A stretch of 64,000 nt of DNA from Nibricoccus sp. (GTDB lineage Bacteria > Verrucomicrobiota > Verrucomicrobiia > Opitutales > Opitutaceae): positions 1,280,001 through 1,344,000 of the forward strand of contig JASGHG010000001.1 in NCBI GenBank assembly GCA_047602425.1. The letters run 5' to 3'. The notes under the pieces are model-generated. The model did no database searches. It had not been told where the DNA came from and saw nothing but the letters and a program-made list of their open reading frames with translations. The position numbers were made by a program, and so were the translations under genes. Within the stretch, counting starts at the first letter, position 1, and every line of letters starts with the position of its first letter. Below are positions 1-10,133 of this stretch, in pieces.

Positions 1-666
1 CTGATTCACGAATTTGTCCCGCTCAACGTCAAAGCCGCGATTGAGAAAAAACTCAGCCAAGTCATCGTCGGCGTCACCGGCACCATCGGCGCGGGAAAAT
101 CCAGTTTGTGCAAAGCCCTCACCGGGCACTTCGCCAACGCACACCACGTCAACCTCGACTCGCTCGGACGCGAGGTCCTCGAAGGAACTACTCCTTTGAG
201 CCAACAAACCCAGGCCCGCGTCGAAGCTCACTTCGGCACCCGCGACCGCAAGAAGCTCGGTCAAATTGTCTTCCAAAATGCCGAGGCGCTCAAACAGCTC
301 AACGAACTCTGCCGCGATCCTTTGCTCACGCTCCTGCGACTGGACCTCGCGAAACGCCGCGGACTTATTTTCGTCGAAGGTGCATTACTGGCCGAATTAA
401 ACTGGCTCCATCTTTGCAGCAACCGCGTGATCCTCGTCCGCGAACCCCAAGGCGCCGCTTACGTGCAACGCCTGCACGCCCGCGGGCTCAACCAGGAGCA
501 AATCGCCACTCGCCGCGCCTCCCAATACACTTATGCCCGGAAGGAGGAGGTGATCCGCGACGCAATTCAACACGACGGTTTCGGGAAATTGATCATCCAT
601 CAGTCGGACGATACCGGTTCAAAAGACTCCTCAACCGTCGCCGAGCTCCAAAGATCGTTCTTGTAG
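1..666 (+). CDS. coaE: Dephospho-CoA kinase domain, 5'-truncated by the window edge and apparently fused downstream of a CoaD (PPAT) domain
   Basis: Frame is open from base 1: LIHEFVPLNVKAAIEKKLSQ-VIVGVTGTIGAGKS (P-loop), then 'DRKKLGQIVF', 'VEGALLAE' and 'RRASQ' CoaE motifs. Confidence 0.8.
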   Translation: MIHEFVPLNVKAAIEKKLSQVIVGVTGTIGAGKSSLCKALTGHFANAHHVNLDSLGREVLEGTTPLSQQTQARVEAHFGTRDRKKLGQIVFQNAEALKQLNELCRDPLLTLLRLDLAKRRGLIFVEGALLAELNWLHLCSNRVILVREPQGAAYVQRLHARGLNQEQIATRRASQYTYARKEEVIRDAIQHDGFGKLIIHQSDDTGSKDSSTVAELQRSFL

Positions 667-732
667 TGACGCTCGAGACAAAGTCCATCGTTCGCAACCA
701 CCGTCAAGATCCTGGCCTGTTGAAATCCTCTC

Positions 733-1107
733 ATGCAACCCGCCTTCCGTCATCCGAATGTGGCCGCCGAATTTTTCACGCCTGAGCTTTGTCATATCAA
801 CGAACTTTCAAACAGTACTAACGATCCCGCCCTGTCGATCGCACGCGCGCGTGTCGAGCCGGGTGTCACCACCCGCTGGCATCGCTTAAAGGATACCGCT
901 GAGCGCTACGTGATCCTTGAAGGTCGCGGCCGCATGGAAGTCGGCGTACTACCGCCGCAGGAAGTTGGGCCCGGCGATGTCGTCCTTATTCCGCCCTTCA
1001 TCCGCCAGCGCATCGCGAACATCGGCGATACCGATCTCGTTTTTCTTGCGTTGTGCACCCCGCGCTTCCGGCCGGAGTGTTACGAAGACGTCGAGGCCCA
1101 GATTTGA
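733..1107 (+). CDS. Cupin domain protein
   Basis: Cupin motifs PGVTTRWH...ERYVILEG and GPGDVVLIP. Confidence 0.85.
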   Translation: MQPAFRHPNVAAEFFTPELCHINELSNSTNDPALSIARARVEPGVTTRWHRLKDTAERYVILEGRGRMEVGVLPPQEVGPGDVVLIPPFIRQRIANIGDTDLVFLALCTPRFRPECYEDVEAQI

Positions 1108-1219
1108 GCGAGCCTGCTTTGACGAAACTGATTTTTGCAGGATCTCACCGAGGTGCGGCCTATGACTCCACCGTTCGGCGCAACTCCGTTGAGTTCCACG
1201 TTCGCTCAATGTCCATCGC

Positions 1220-2110
1220 TCACTTCAAGCTCTTCGCGGCGCTGCGCAGTTCCTCGATAAAAACTTTCAGCGGCTTGTCGTCGACCCGCTGCGCACGAAA
1301 CCCGGCGTAAATATCAATTGGCCGCGGAGCCGGCGCGATCGCGAGCAAACACGTCCGCTCTGGAAACAATCGTCCAATGCTCGTCGGCAGAAGCGCCACG
1401 CCGAGTCCCGCTTCCACCGCGGCCATCATGCTTTCGCCGCCGTCGTATTCGCCCGCGATTTTCGGGCGCAATCCGTTTTCCCGCAGCCAGCCACCAATCG
1501 CGTCCCAATATTCTGGATACTCGCCCCGGCGAAAGATGCAGAATTTTTCCCGACTCAGATCGGCGACGGCGATGCGCTTGCTTCTAGCGAGTGGGTGTTG
1601 CCGCCCCACCGCGAGACTGACCGCCGTCCGGGAGATCGGCGTCCACAGGAGTCCGCGCGTTTCGGCTTCGCGACGGATCGTGAGCGCGATGTCGAGTCGA
1701 TCGTCTTCCAGGCCGGCCAACATTTCCTTCGTCGAAAGATCGAACAACTCCACCTGCGCGTTCGGATGGGTCTGCGTGAAATTGTTCACCGCCGTCGCAA
1801 GAATTCCCGCCGCAAACGATGGCGCATACCCCACCCGCAACCGCAAACCGCCGCCAATCGCCTGTACTTGCTCAACCACTTGATCGGCGTGTGTCAGCAG
1901 TCCGCGCGCCTCGCGCAAAAGAATTTCGCCGGCAGGCGTCAACTTGATCGAGTGCGCTTGCCGCTCCAGCAGACATTGCCCGAACTCTTCCTCCAACGCC
2001 TTGATCTGCCGGCTCAAGGCCGGCTGCGTCAGAAAAATTTTTTGCGCAGCGCGGCTGATGTTGCCTTCTTCGGCCACGGCCACGAAGTAGCGCAATTGTC
2101 GGAGTTCCAT
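1220..2110 (-). CDS. LysR-family transcriptional regulator
   Basis: MELRQLRYFVAVAEEGNISRAA...TQPALSRQIKALEEE helix-turn-helix; start set at ATG 2110. Confidence 0.95.
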   Translation of the reverse strand: MELRQLRYFVAVAEEGNISRAAQKIFLTQPALSRQIKALEEEFGQCLLERQAHSIKLTPAGEILLREARGLLTHADQVVEQVQAIGGGLRLRVGYAPSFAAGILATAVNNFTQTHPNAQVELFDLSTKEMLAGLEDDRLDIALTIRREAETRGLLWTPISRTAVSLAVGRQHPLARSKRIAVADLSREKFCIFRRGEYPEYWDAIGGWLRENGLRPKIAGEYDGGESMMAAVEAGLGVALLPTSIGRLFPERTCLLAIAPAPRPIDIYAGFRAQRVDDKPLKVFIEELRSAAKSLK

Positions 2111-2214
2111 GCGGCAACCGTAGGCATCGTTGGTTGGCGAGGCCAACTCAATTGCATGCTCAGGCCAATAACATGGCATTAGCCGACCGCAGGGTTCTCG
2201 GCTAGACTCGTGCC

Positions 2215-2934
2215 ATGAAAACAACGAACACTGCAAAGCTCACCATCCGCCGAGCCAACGAACGCGGCCACGCCAACCATGGCTGGCTCAATTCCTATCA
2301 CACGTTTTCCTTCGCCGACTATTACGATCCCGCCCACATGGGCTTCAGATCGCTGCGCGTGATTAACGACGACCGGGTTGCCGCTGGCAAAGGTTTCGGC
2401 GCGCATCCGCACCGTGACATGGAAATCTTCAGCTACGTCCTCGAAGGCGCCCTCGCCCATAAGGACAGCCTCGGCAATGGCAGTACGCTAAAACCCGGCC
2501 AGATTCAGCTCATGAGCGCAGGCAGCGGCGTCACTCACAGTGAATTCAATCCTTCTGCCAGCGAGCTCACCCACTTCCTGCAAATCTGGATCCAGCCCCG
2601 CGAACGCGGCCTGAAGCCCAGCTATACCGAGTGGCATCCCAAGACCGAACATGACACCACAGCCAAGGTGCTCGTGATCTCGCCCGATGGACGCGATGGC
2701 TCCGCCACCATCCATCAGGATGCAGACATCTACCGCCTGCGCCTGACGCCCGGCCAGTCCGTAACGCACGAACTCGCCGCCGGCCGTGGCGCGTGGCTGC
2801 ACGTCGCCGAGGGCGAACTGACTTTCAATGGCGAAAAGCTCTCGTCCGGCGATGCCGCCAGCACCGGAGACGCGGGACTTCTCTCCTTCACCGCGAGCAA
2901 GCCCACCGAGGCGCTGCTCTTTGACCTAAAATAA
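2215..2934 (+). CDS. Pirin family protein (YhhW-like)
   Basis: Motifs GWLNSYHTFSF, LRVINDD, GFGAHPHRDMEI and MSAGSGVTHSE. Confidence 0.95.
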   Translation: MKTTNTAKLTIRRANERGHANHGWLNSYHTFSFADYYDPAHMGFRSLRVINDDRVAAGKGFGAHPHRDMEIFSYVLEGALAHKDSLGNGSTLKPGQIQLMSAGSGVTHSEFNPSASELTHFLQIWIQPRERGLKPSYTEWHPKTEHDTTAKVLVISPDGRDGSATIHQDADIYRLRLTPGQSVTHELAAGRGAWLHVAEGELTFNGEKLSSGDAASTGDAGLLSFTASKPTEALLFDLK

Positions 2935-2948
2935 ATAACCACAGAAAT

Positions 2949-3044
2949 TTTAACCACTGATAGACACTGATGAACTGATTCGAAGAACTCTCGAACCAAC
3001 TGAATCATCTCATCAGTGCCAATCAGTGAACATCAGTGGTTAAA
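2949..3044. repeat. Miniature palindromic element with 10-nt periodic arms
   Basis: TTTAACCACTGAT (2949-2961) / ATCAGTGGTTAAA (3032-3044) is a perfect IR; CACTGAT and ATCAGTG recur at about 10-nt spacing. Confidence 0.8.
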
Positions 3045-3080
3045 TAATTCCTCCTCTCTTCTATACCAAAACTCACTCCC

Positions 3081-3680
3081 ATGACTAAAGTACTCGTCCT
3101 CTATTATTCCACCTACGGTCACGTTGAAACATTATCTTCGGCCATCGCCGAAGGCGCCCGCTCCGTCTCTGGTGTTGAAGTCACCGTCAAACGCGTGCCC
3201 GAGACCATGCCGCCCGAAGTGGCTAAACAATACGGCGCGAAGCTCGACCAAGCCGCGCCCGTGGCCGATCCAAAGGAAATCGGCAACTACGACGCCATCA
3301 TCTTCGGCACGCCAACGCGCTTCGGAAACATGGCCGCGCAGATGCGCAACTTTCTCGATCAAACCGGCAGCCTATGGGTAAAAGGCGCGCTCGTCGGCAA
3401 AGTCGGCAGCGTCTTTGTCAGCACCGGCACCGGTGGCGGCAACGAGAGCACAATCATGAGTTTTGTGAATACCCTCATGCACCAAGGCATGATCTACGTG
3501 GGTTTGCCTTACGCCGCGCCCGAACTCGCCGATATCACCGAAGTGAAAGGCGGCTCGCCTTGGGGCGCAGGAACGATCGCCGGCGCCGACGGCTCGCGCA
3601 AACCTTCCGCCAAGGAACTTTCCCTCGCCCGTTTCCAAGGCGCTCATGTCGCCAAGATCGCCGCAAAGTTGAGCAGTTGA
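3081..3680 (+). CDS. wrbA: NAD(P)H:quinone oxidoreductase type IV (WrbA)
   Basis: Motifs [23 protein letters not shown] and GGSPWGAGT. Confidence 0.95.
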   Translation: MTKVLVLYYSTYGHVETLSSAIAEGARSVSGVEVTVKRVPETMPPEVAKQYGAKLDQAAPVADPKEIGNYDAIIFGTPTRFGNMAAQMRNFLDQTGSLWVKGALVGKVGSVFVSTGTGGGNESTIMSFVNTLMHQGMIYVGLPYAAPELADITEVKGGSPWGAGTIAGADGSRKPSAKELSLARFQGAHVAKIAAKLSS

Positions 3681-3791
3681 AACGCTCCATATCCGAAACC
3701 AAATGAGGTGCACTAACGCAAAGGCAGGGAACCACAGAAGCCATTCGTCCGTGGTTCTCCCAGAGCGCCGTCGCCTTATTCGCTCAATACC

Positions 3792-5225
3792 TCAGTGATG
3801 TTTTTCCAATGGAGTTAACACGACAGCCGAAGTCCCGTCCGAAAAAGCACCGATCCAAGCGACACTCTTTTCGTTGAGATCGAGCTGTCCAGAAAAGCGG
3901 GCGAGCATCCTGCCTTCGATCGTCTCACCCGAGCGTGCAACCAATCGCAGGTTGGACTCCGAGGTACCCACCCAAATGCCCATATTGTTGGTCGTGTCGA
4001 CGCCACCGACACCCAGAGTCAGCCGCGCAAGAATGGCTAGCGTTCCGTCTTTGGATATTTTGGCGTTTATAAAATCACTAAACGTCCCGGTGGTGCCGGG
4101 CGCCGCCGCTCCTTGCAAAGCCACGGTTATGGTTCGGTCGCGTTCTTTACGGAAGAGTCCACGTGGGTTGGCTCCCCCGGTGAGGTCCACATTGAAAACC
4201 ACCTGGCCTTGGTCATCGAGAAGTGTGGGCACGGCAAACCTGTCGCCGTAGTTGCCTCCTTTTGGCGCAGGTTGTCCGGTTAGAGCAACAATCGTCGTCT
4301 TTTTCCCATCACCCAGGAGCAGTCCCGACGGAACCGTTCCCCCAGTGATCAAACAGGGAACCACCACCTGTCCTTTATCGTTTAATATCGGCGTGCCAAA
4401 ATCGACAAACGTTCCGCCACCCGGCGCAGTCTGACCCGCCGCGAAGATCGTGGTGATTTCCCGCCCGTCGCCGCGGAAGACACCAAAGTCGGACGCTCCG
4501 CCTTCCATGCCCGCGAAGAATGCAACCTGCCCGCGCGAATTGATCGTCGTGTTCGCAAAAAACAGAACGGTTCCGCCCGTCGGCAAACCCGAATTGTCTC
4601 CAGCGATCTTTACCGTGCCGTTGCGATCCGTGCGAAACAGTCCCTGCGTATCGGCGCCTCCGATCAAGTTTGCGCTGTAGGCGACCGCACCGCGGGAATT
4701 GGCATCGAGCTCCCCGAGCGAGAGACTGCCGCCCCCCGGCGCAACCTGCCCGTCCTCGACAAGCAGCGACGCGTTGCTCCGGCGTACACCGAAAACCGCC
4801 GTGCTTTTTTCCGGATCGAACGGCGTCGCCGCGACAACGATTTCACGCTCGGCCGGGAACAGAGTGGAAATGAAGAAGCCCAAATTTCCCGCCGCAGGAT
4901 CAGGATTTCCGCCAAGCGCAACGACTGAAGTGGTTGCACCGTCTCCAAGAAAAACCCCCGAGTTGCTCGGACCGCGCAGGAAGGCGGCGAAGGCGACCTC
5001 GTCCCTCGCGGCGAAAGCGACTTGATGGAAGAAAAAATAATTTCCTCCCGCCGGCGCCGCGGTTCCCGTGGAGGCGATGACGGTGTGCCCGCATGGCTGC
5101 GGCGCAGCGACCGCCGTTGGCAGATAGGCGAGAGTTAGCGCCACGACTGCCCAAAACACGCGCAAGCTGGACGCAGTCTTACGAACGGCACGCGACAGGC
5201 AAACACCCGCGCGGAAGAGAAACAT
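3792..5225 (-). CDS. Secreted repeat protein (NxxGxVAF-type beta-propeller-like repeats)
   Basis: Signal peptide plus about 7 repeats such as INSRGQVAF...FGVFRGDG..TTI..GQTAPGGG; start is uncertain. Confidence 0.75.
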   Translation of the reverse strand: MFLFRAGVCLSRAVRKTASSLRVFWAVVALTLAYLPTAVAAPQPCGHTVIASTGTAAPAGGNYFFFHQVAFAARDEVAFAAFLRGPSNSGVFLGDGATTSVVALGGNPDPAAGNLGFFISTLFPAEREIVVAATPFDPEKSTAVFGVRRSNASLLVEDGQVAPGGGSLSLGELDANSRGAVAYSANLIGGADTQGLFRTDRNGTVKIAGDNSGLPTGGTVLFFANTTINSRGQVAFFAGMEGGASDFGVFRGDGREITTIFAAGQTAPGGGTFVDFGTPILNDKGQVVVPCLITGGTVPSGLLLGDGKKTTIVALTGQPAPKGGNYGDRFAVPTLLDDQGQVVFNVDLTGGANPRGLFRKERDRTITVALQGAAAPGTTGTFSDFINAKISKDGTLAILARLTLGVGGVDTTNNMGIWVGTSESNLRLVARSGETIEGRMLARFSGQLDLNEKSVAWIGAFSDGTSAVVLTPLEKHH

Positions 5226-5469
5226 GATGTGAACGTTCACGACAATTCCTTGTTTGAATGAATATTTTAACAACACCCTGCCCCGTCGGCCGGACAATCC
5301 GGTCCATAGGGTTTTGCGCGACCGTGCTCAACTCGCTCCCCAAATGAAATCTGTTTTTCGTAACAGGACTGTTAGGCATCCTATGGAACTGGCCTCATTA
5401 GTCCGGTGCCACTCGCCGGGTAAAACCCTATATGCGATGGTTCGGATTCGAGGTACTCTTGCTGCCAAG

Positions 5470-6195
5470 ATGTCCGATGCCCCTGCCACCGCTCCCGAGC
5501 CTGCGCCAAAATCGGTCGCTCCCGCGCCCAAGCCGGAGAAGGCGACGCCTCCCGCTCCCGCCGCGGCGAACACCAAGGCACCGGTTGCCGGTTTTGATGA
5601 TGAGGATGACGAACCATTGCCACGTGACAATAAACCGCCACGTCGGGCCGGACTGCCCATTGCCCTTGGCCTGCTCTCCCTTGTCCTGCTGATTGCGACG
5701 GTCAAAAATTGGAACAACGTAAAGGATCGGGATAAAACCATCACAGAGATCCAAAATCGGATGAATCAGGTTCAAAATGGCCGTGACCTTTTGCAGGCCC
5801 AAATAGATCGTGGCAAGGCGGACCTCGCCGAAACGCAGAAGCAGACAACCGAGGTCAAGACCCAGTCTACCGCGATGCAAGCCGAGTTGGACAAAGCCAA
5901 GGCCGAAGCCGTGAGGGTTCAAGCTCAGCTCAAACAAGAGCGGGAATTGTCCGCCGGTTTTCAGACACAGATGGAGGAGGCCAAGGTCGCCTCCATCAAA
6001 CGCCAGGGCGAAGTGGAAAATGCCCGCGCACAGAACGTCGTATTACAGACGCAGCTCAGCCAATCCGCCCACGAGAAAGCAGAACTTTCGCAACAGTTGA
6101 CCGAAACCAAGGCCCAGCTTGCCGATTCCCAGGCAAAGCTTGCCAAAGCGGAAAACGAATTAACCCAATTGCGGAAGCCGCCGCCAAAAAAATAA
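5470..6195 (+). CDS. Membrane-anchored coiled-coil protein
   Basis: Pro/Ala-rich N-terminus, one TM helix (LPIALGLLSLVLLIA) and a long Q/E/K/A heptad region. Confidence 0.8.
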   Translation: MSDAPATAPEPAPKSVAPAPKPEKATPPAPAAANTKAPVAGFDDEDDEPLPRDNKPPRRAGLPIALGLLSLVLLIATVKNWNNVKDRDKTITEIQNRMNQVQNGRDLLQAQIDRGKADLAETQKQTTEVKTQSTAMQAELDKAKAEAVRVQAQLKQERELSAGFQTQMEEAKVASIKRQGEVENARAQNVVLQTQLSQSAHEKAELSQQLTETKAQLADSQAKLAKAENELTQLRKPPPKK

Positions 6196-6320
6196 CGTCG
6201 GCGCATATGGGTATCCGGCTGGCCCGAAAAGACACGAGCCCGGAAAAAAATCGCGCCCATGAGCTCCGAAGCCTGAAGCAATGGTTGATCCACTTCTGAC
6301 TTTTCTCACACTCGTGGGCC

Positions 6321-7928
6321 ATGTTGAAACACGCTTTGCTATCCCTGTTACTGGTTCCGGCGGGGCTCCTGGCCGAACCATCCTCTACCACTCGCGTCAT
6401 CGACGCCGATTTTTCCATATCCCCCGGCGCGACAAGCCGCATGTACAATTTCTGCGTCGGCGCCGGGCGCGCCAATGAAGGCCTCCGTGCCGATTGGCAG
6501 CGCCAGCTCCGTCACGTGCGCACCGAGTGCGGTTTTCGCTACATCCGCTTTCACGGATTATTCTGCGACGACATGGGCGTTTACCAAGAGGACAAACAGG
6601 GAAAATCCGTCTACAACTGGCAGTACGTCGATGAGCTTTTCGATTTTCTCCAAAGTATCGGCATGAAACCTTTCGTCGAGCTCGGCTTCATGCCCAGTGC
6701 GCTCGCGAGCGGTCCGCACACGATTTTCTGGTACAGGGCAAACGTCACTCCGCCGAAGGACTATGCGAAATGGGAAGCCTTCATCACCGCTTTCACTCGC
6801 CATGTCACCGAGCGTTATGGCGCCGAGGAGGTGCGCAGCTGGTACTTTGAAGTATGGAACGAACCAAACCTGACCGGCTTTTGGATGGGTACGACTTGCG
6901 GTAAAACTTACGAGGAATTTCTTCCGACCGCCCGTGGCGAATATTACAAACTCTACGAATCCTGCGCACGCGCGGTGAAATCGGTCGATGCCAGCTATCG
7001 CGTCGGCGGACCGGCCACTGCCGGTAGCGGCTGGATCGACGAAACGCTTGCATACTGCACCGAAAAGAAGCTGCCGCTGGATTTCGTCAGCACGCACGAG
7101 TACGCCACAATGAGCGGCTATCTCGACGAGACCGGCAACGCCGGCACCGTCCTTTCGCCCGACCGCAACGCGATCACGAGTTCCGTGCGCTCCACGCGAG
7201 AGAAGATCGCAAAGTCGCCCTTCGCCGCCGCTGAGCTCCACTACACCGAATGGAGCGCCTCCTATACGCCCGCCGACCCGGTGCACGACAGTTACCACTC
7301 CGCAGCCTTCATCCTCGACAAGATGAAGAACATCGGCGCGACGGCGCAGTCGATGTCGTATTGGACTTTCACCGACATCTTCGAGGAACCCGGCCCGCGT
7401 ATGACACCGTTCCACGGCGGTTTCGGCCTGCTTAACTATCAGGACCTGCAAAAGCCTTCCTTTTTTGCCTACAAATTTCTGCATCGCCTCGGCGACATCC
7501 AATTAAACACCGCCGATCCCGCGGCCATTGTCTCCCGCGACAACTCCGGCGGCGTCCAGGCGCTTTTTTGGGATTTCACGATCACGCATCCAGGACCCTC
7601 GATCATCAACCAGGAATATTACAAAGCCGATCAGCCCGCCGTAGCCAAAGGCGCAGCTGAATTGCGGCTTTCAAAACTGCCCAAAGGCACGTACCGCCTG
7701 CTCGCCACCAAAGTCGGCTACCGCTCGAATGACGTGCAGTCAGCCTGGCGCGATCTCGGCTCGCCGGCCCAGTTAACCCGCTCGCAAGTCGATACGCTGC
7801 GCAAAGCTTCTTCCGGAAACCCTTGTCTCAACGAAAAGGTTAAGGTCGGCTCCGATGGCACTTTCTCACGTCGTTTCGACATGCGTGAGAACGATGTTTG
7901 GCTGGTCGAATTGCGCCCGGTGAAATAA
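6321..7928 (+). CDS. GH39 glycoside hydrolase (beta-xylosidase-like), secreted
   Basis: Motifs GFRYIRFHGLF, PFVELGFMP, FEVWNEPNL (acid/base), LHYTEW (nucleophile) and PFHGGFGL. Confidence 0.92.
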   Translation: MLKHALLSLLLVPAGLLAEPSSTTRVIDADFSISPGATSRMYNFCVGAGRANEGLRADWQRQLRHVRTECGFRYIRFHGLFCDDMGVYQEDKQGKSVYNWQYVDELFDFLQSIGMKPFVELGFMPSALASGPHTIFWYRANVTPPKDYAKWEAFITAFTRHVTERYGAEEVRSWYFEVWNEPNLTGFWMGTTCGKTYEEFLPTARGEYYKLYESCARAVKSVDASYRVGGPATAGSGWIDETLAYCTEKKLPLDFVSTHEYATMSGYLDETGNAGTVLSPDRNAITSSVRSTREKIAKSPFAAAELHYTEWSASYTPADPVHDSYHSAAFILDKMKNIGATAQSMSYWTFTDIFEEPGPRMTPFHGGFGLLNYQDLQKPSFFAYKFLHRLGDIQLNTADPAAIVSRDNSGGVQALFWDFTITHPGPSIINQEYYKADQPAVAKGAAELRLSKLPKGTYRLLATKVGYRSNDVQSAWRDLGSPAQLTRSQVDTLRKASSGNPCLNEKVKVGSDGTFSRRFDMRENDVWLVELRPVK

Positions 7929-7982
7929 GGCAATTAAGCACTTCCCACAGCAGTGAGCGAAGCCGGCATCTGGCTGTGACGT

Positions 7983-10106
7983 TCACTGCTGAGCGCCAAT
8001 TTTGCTAACCATTAGAAGATACGCCAGGGCCCAATCCTGATCGTTCGCCCAAGGGTCGTTACGTTCTCCGCACTGGCCGTTGGTTGAAAATGCGTACACG
8101 TGGGCGGCCGAACCCTGGCCTGCCGGCGTAAAGAGTGAGAGATTTCCCCACGTCACCGTGCGTGCGCGTTCTTGCCAGGATTTTTCACCCGTGGCTTTCG
8201 CGTAGTGGGCGAATGCCATCGCATTGATCGCGCTCCAATAGTGCGGGAAGGTATCGCCGTAAGTGCGGATTTTCCCAAACCAGAAATCGTCCCAATGCCG
8301 GATCGAAATTTTGTTGAGGCGGTGATCTGGCTGCTCGCCGGCAAACGCTTCGAGCACGCGCAATTGTTTTTTCGCGCCGTCGAGATACGTGACCTCGCCG
8401 GTCGCCCGATAAACTTCCAGCAGCAATTGCACTGCAGGCGCCACAATCGATTGCTCATAGTTGACTTCAAATGGCGGATAATTCGTGCCGTTTCGCAACA
8501 GGTTGTCGGCATGCGCCCGAAAATTTGCCAGCAGTTCGGCCCGTTCGGCGTCGCGTCCAGCCTCGGCCAGCGTCGCGAGCGTATCAGTTACTTGAATACC
8601 GATGGCATAGTACTTCGCTCCGCCGTGCGCGTAATAACTGCGCAACACTCGCACCATGCGTTCGAGTTGGTCCGCTTCGCGCGTGGCCCGATAAAGCGCA
8701 AGATGGAGGTGTGCAATCCAGGGATAATTGTAGAGACGGTGCGAAGGCTGGCGGCCAACGTTATTGAAGACCGTGCCTGAATCGTCCTCCAATTCACGTG
8801 CCACAAAATCGGCATAGCGGCGTAGACTGGCGGTGAGTTCCTCGCGAAAGGCGTCGTCGCGGCATTGCGGCAAATAAAGCGCGCCGAGCACACCCATCGC
8901 CACACGCTCACGACCGGCGTTGTGGTCATTGCTCGTCGCGTAAATCTGTTGGCCCGTCTCGTTGTCATATGCGAGGTAGGCGCCGTCGAGTGGTTCGCCA
9001 GGGGCGTGGCGTTGTTGGTGTCGGACAATAAAACGAACACGTGCGTCGATCAACGCCTCGGGCGATGCGACCACGTTGGCCCGCAACCACGTGCAGCTCT
9101 CACCGCGAGCGAGTTCAATCTTCATTTCGCCGGGCTCGGACGTTGGAATCGTGGCGCGCAGGGTTTTACCATCCAATTTGGCCGGTACAAGTTTCCCGTT
9201 GGCGGACAGCGTGGCATTTTCCAAAGAGGTTTCGGCCTCGGCCATGATTTCAATCGGCTCGCCAGCCTGAACGGTGTAGCGCTGAGCCGTCAGCCGGACG
9301 ACGTTTTTCTCGCGACTGATTTTCGCGAAAAAGTCATCCCATCCCGTATGCCAAAATAACCTCCAGGAAATGGTTTTGGTTGTACCACGTTTGACCGTCA
9401 TGGCAGCAGGGTGCAGAAGAAAAGTCCCGCGATCGCTATACGTCGCCCCTCGCTGGCTGTAGGCTTCCAATGCCCCTTCGGTCACGATCAGTCCAAGATG
9501 GGGTGCCGCCGCACCCATGCGCGTGGCGTTGATCCAAGCCGTGCTGCCGCCCATCCACAGGTGCGTGTGACAACGCGAGGTCAGGCTGAGGGTCGCTCCA
9601 GGATATTGATCGAACAATGGCGCAACAATCGAAACCGAACCTAGCGGGAGAACTAGGTCGATAATGCTGTTGTTTTTAAAACTGTAGGACTCGTGCAGCC
9701 CGTCATCGCGCAATTCACGCCGTACTATGACTGTTAGCGAAGGGGCTTCGTAAATCGTTTCGTGGACATTGCCCAACACTTGCCGCGACTTCACGCTGTG
9801 CAACAAGCCGGTGTGGGCCGTTTCCACCAGGCCCCACTGTCCCTGCGCCTTTGCCTCAGGAGATTCGTTAGCGATCCACTTGGTCTTTTCCCATCGCCCG
9901 GCTTCTCGGAGCCAGTTCATGTGCAATGGATCCTCCTTATTCTGAATACTGGCAATAGCTCCGGTCGCCGGATCGATCTGGAGTTGCCAGACTTCGTTAC
10001 CCCACGAAAGTAGAGCGGGAACAGGCTGCGGCGGGAGATCGGCTGCGCCGCAGAGAATCGGCAGCAAAAAGGAAACAAAGTAAGCGGGAACGAGAAAAAA
10101 CTTCAT
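7983..10106 (-). CDS. Secreted putative glycosidase (six-hairpin-like C-terminal domain), family unassigned
   Basis: Signal peptide; aromatic/acidic motifs RLYNYPW, EVNYEQSIVAP, HWDDFWFGK and DPWANDQDW; lies between two GH genes. Confidence 0.7.
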   Translation of the reverse strand: MKFFLVPAYFVSFLLPILCGAADLPPQPVPALLSWGNEVWQLQIDPATGAIASIQNKEDPLHMNWLREAGRWEKTKWIANESPEAKAQGQWGLVETAHTGLLHSVKSRQVLGNVHETIYEAPSLTVIVRRELRDDGLHESYSFKNNSIIDLVLPLGSVSIVAPLFDQYPGATLSLTSRCHTHLWMGGSTAWINATRMGAAAPHLGLIVTEGALEAYSQRGATYSDRGTFLLHPAAMTVKRGTTKTISWRLFWHTGWDDFFAKISREKNVVRLTAQRYTVQAGEPIEIMAEAETSLENATLSANGKLVPAKLDGKTLRATIPTSEPGEMKIELARGESCTWLRANVVASPEALIDARVRFIVRHQQRHAPGEPLDGAYLAYDNETGQQIYATSNDHNAGRERVAMGVLGALYLPQCRDDAFREELTASLRRYADFVARELEDDSGTVFNNVGRQPSHRLYNYPWIAHLHLALYRATREADQLERMVRVLRSYYAHGGAKYYAIGIQVTDTLATLAEAGRDAERAELLANFRAHADNLLRNGTNYPPFEVNYEQSIVAPAVQLLLEVYRATGEVTYLDGAKKQLRVLEAFAGEQPDHRLNKISIRHWDDFWFGKIRTYGDTFPHYWSAINAMAFAHYAKATGEKSWQERARTVTWGNLSLFTPAGQGSAAHVYAFSTNGQCGERNDPWANDQDWALAYLLMVSKIGAQQ

Positions 10107-10133
10107 AAGCGAATACCGGGCGGTAAAGTGAAT

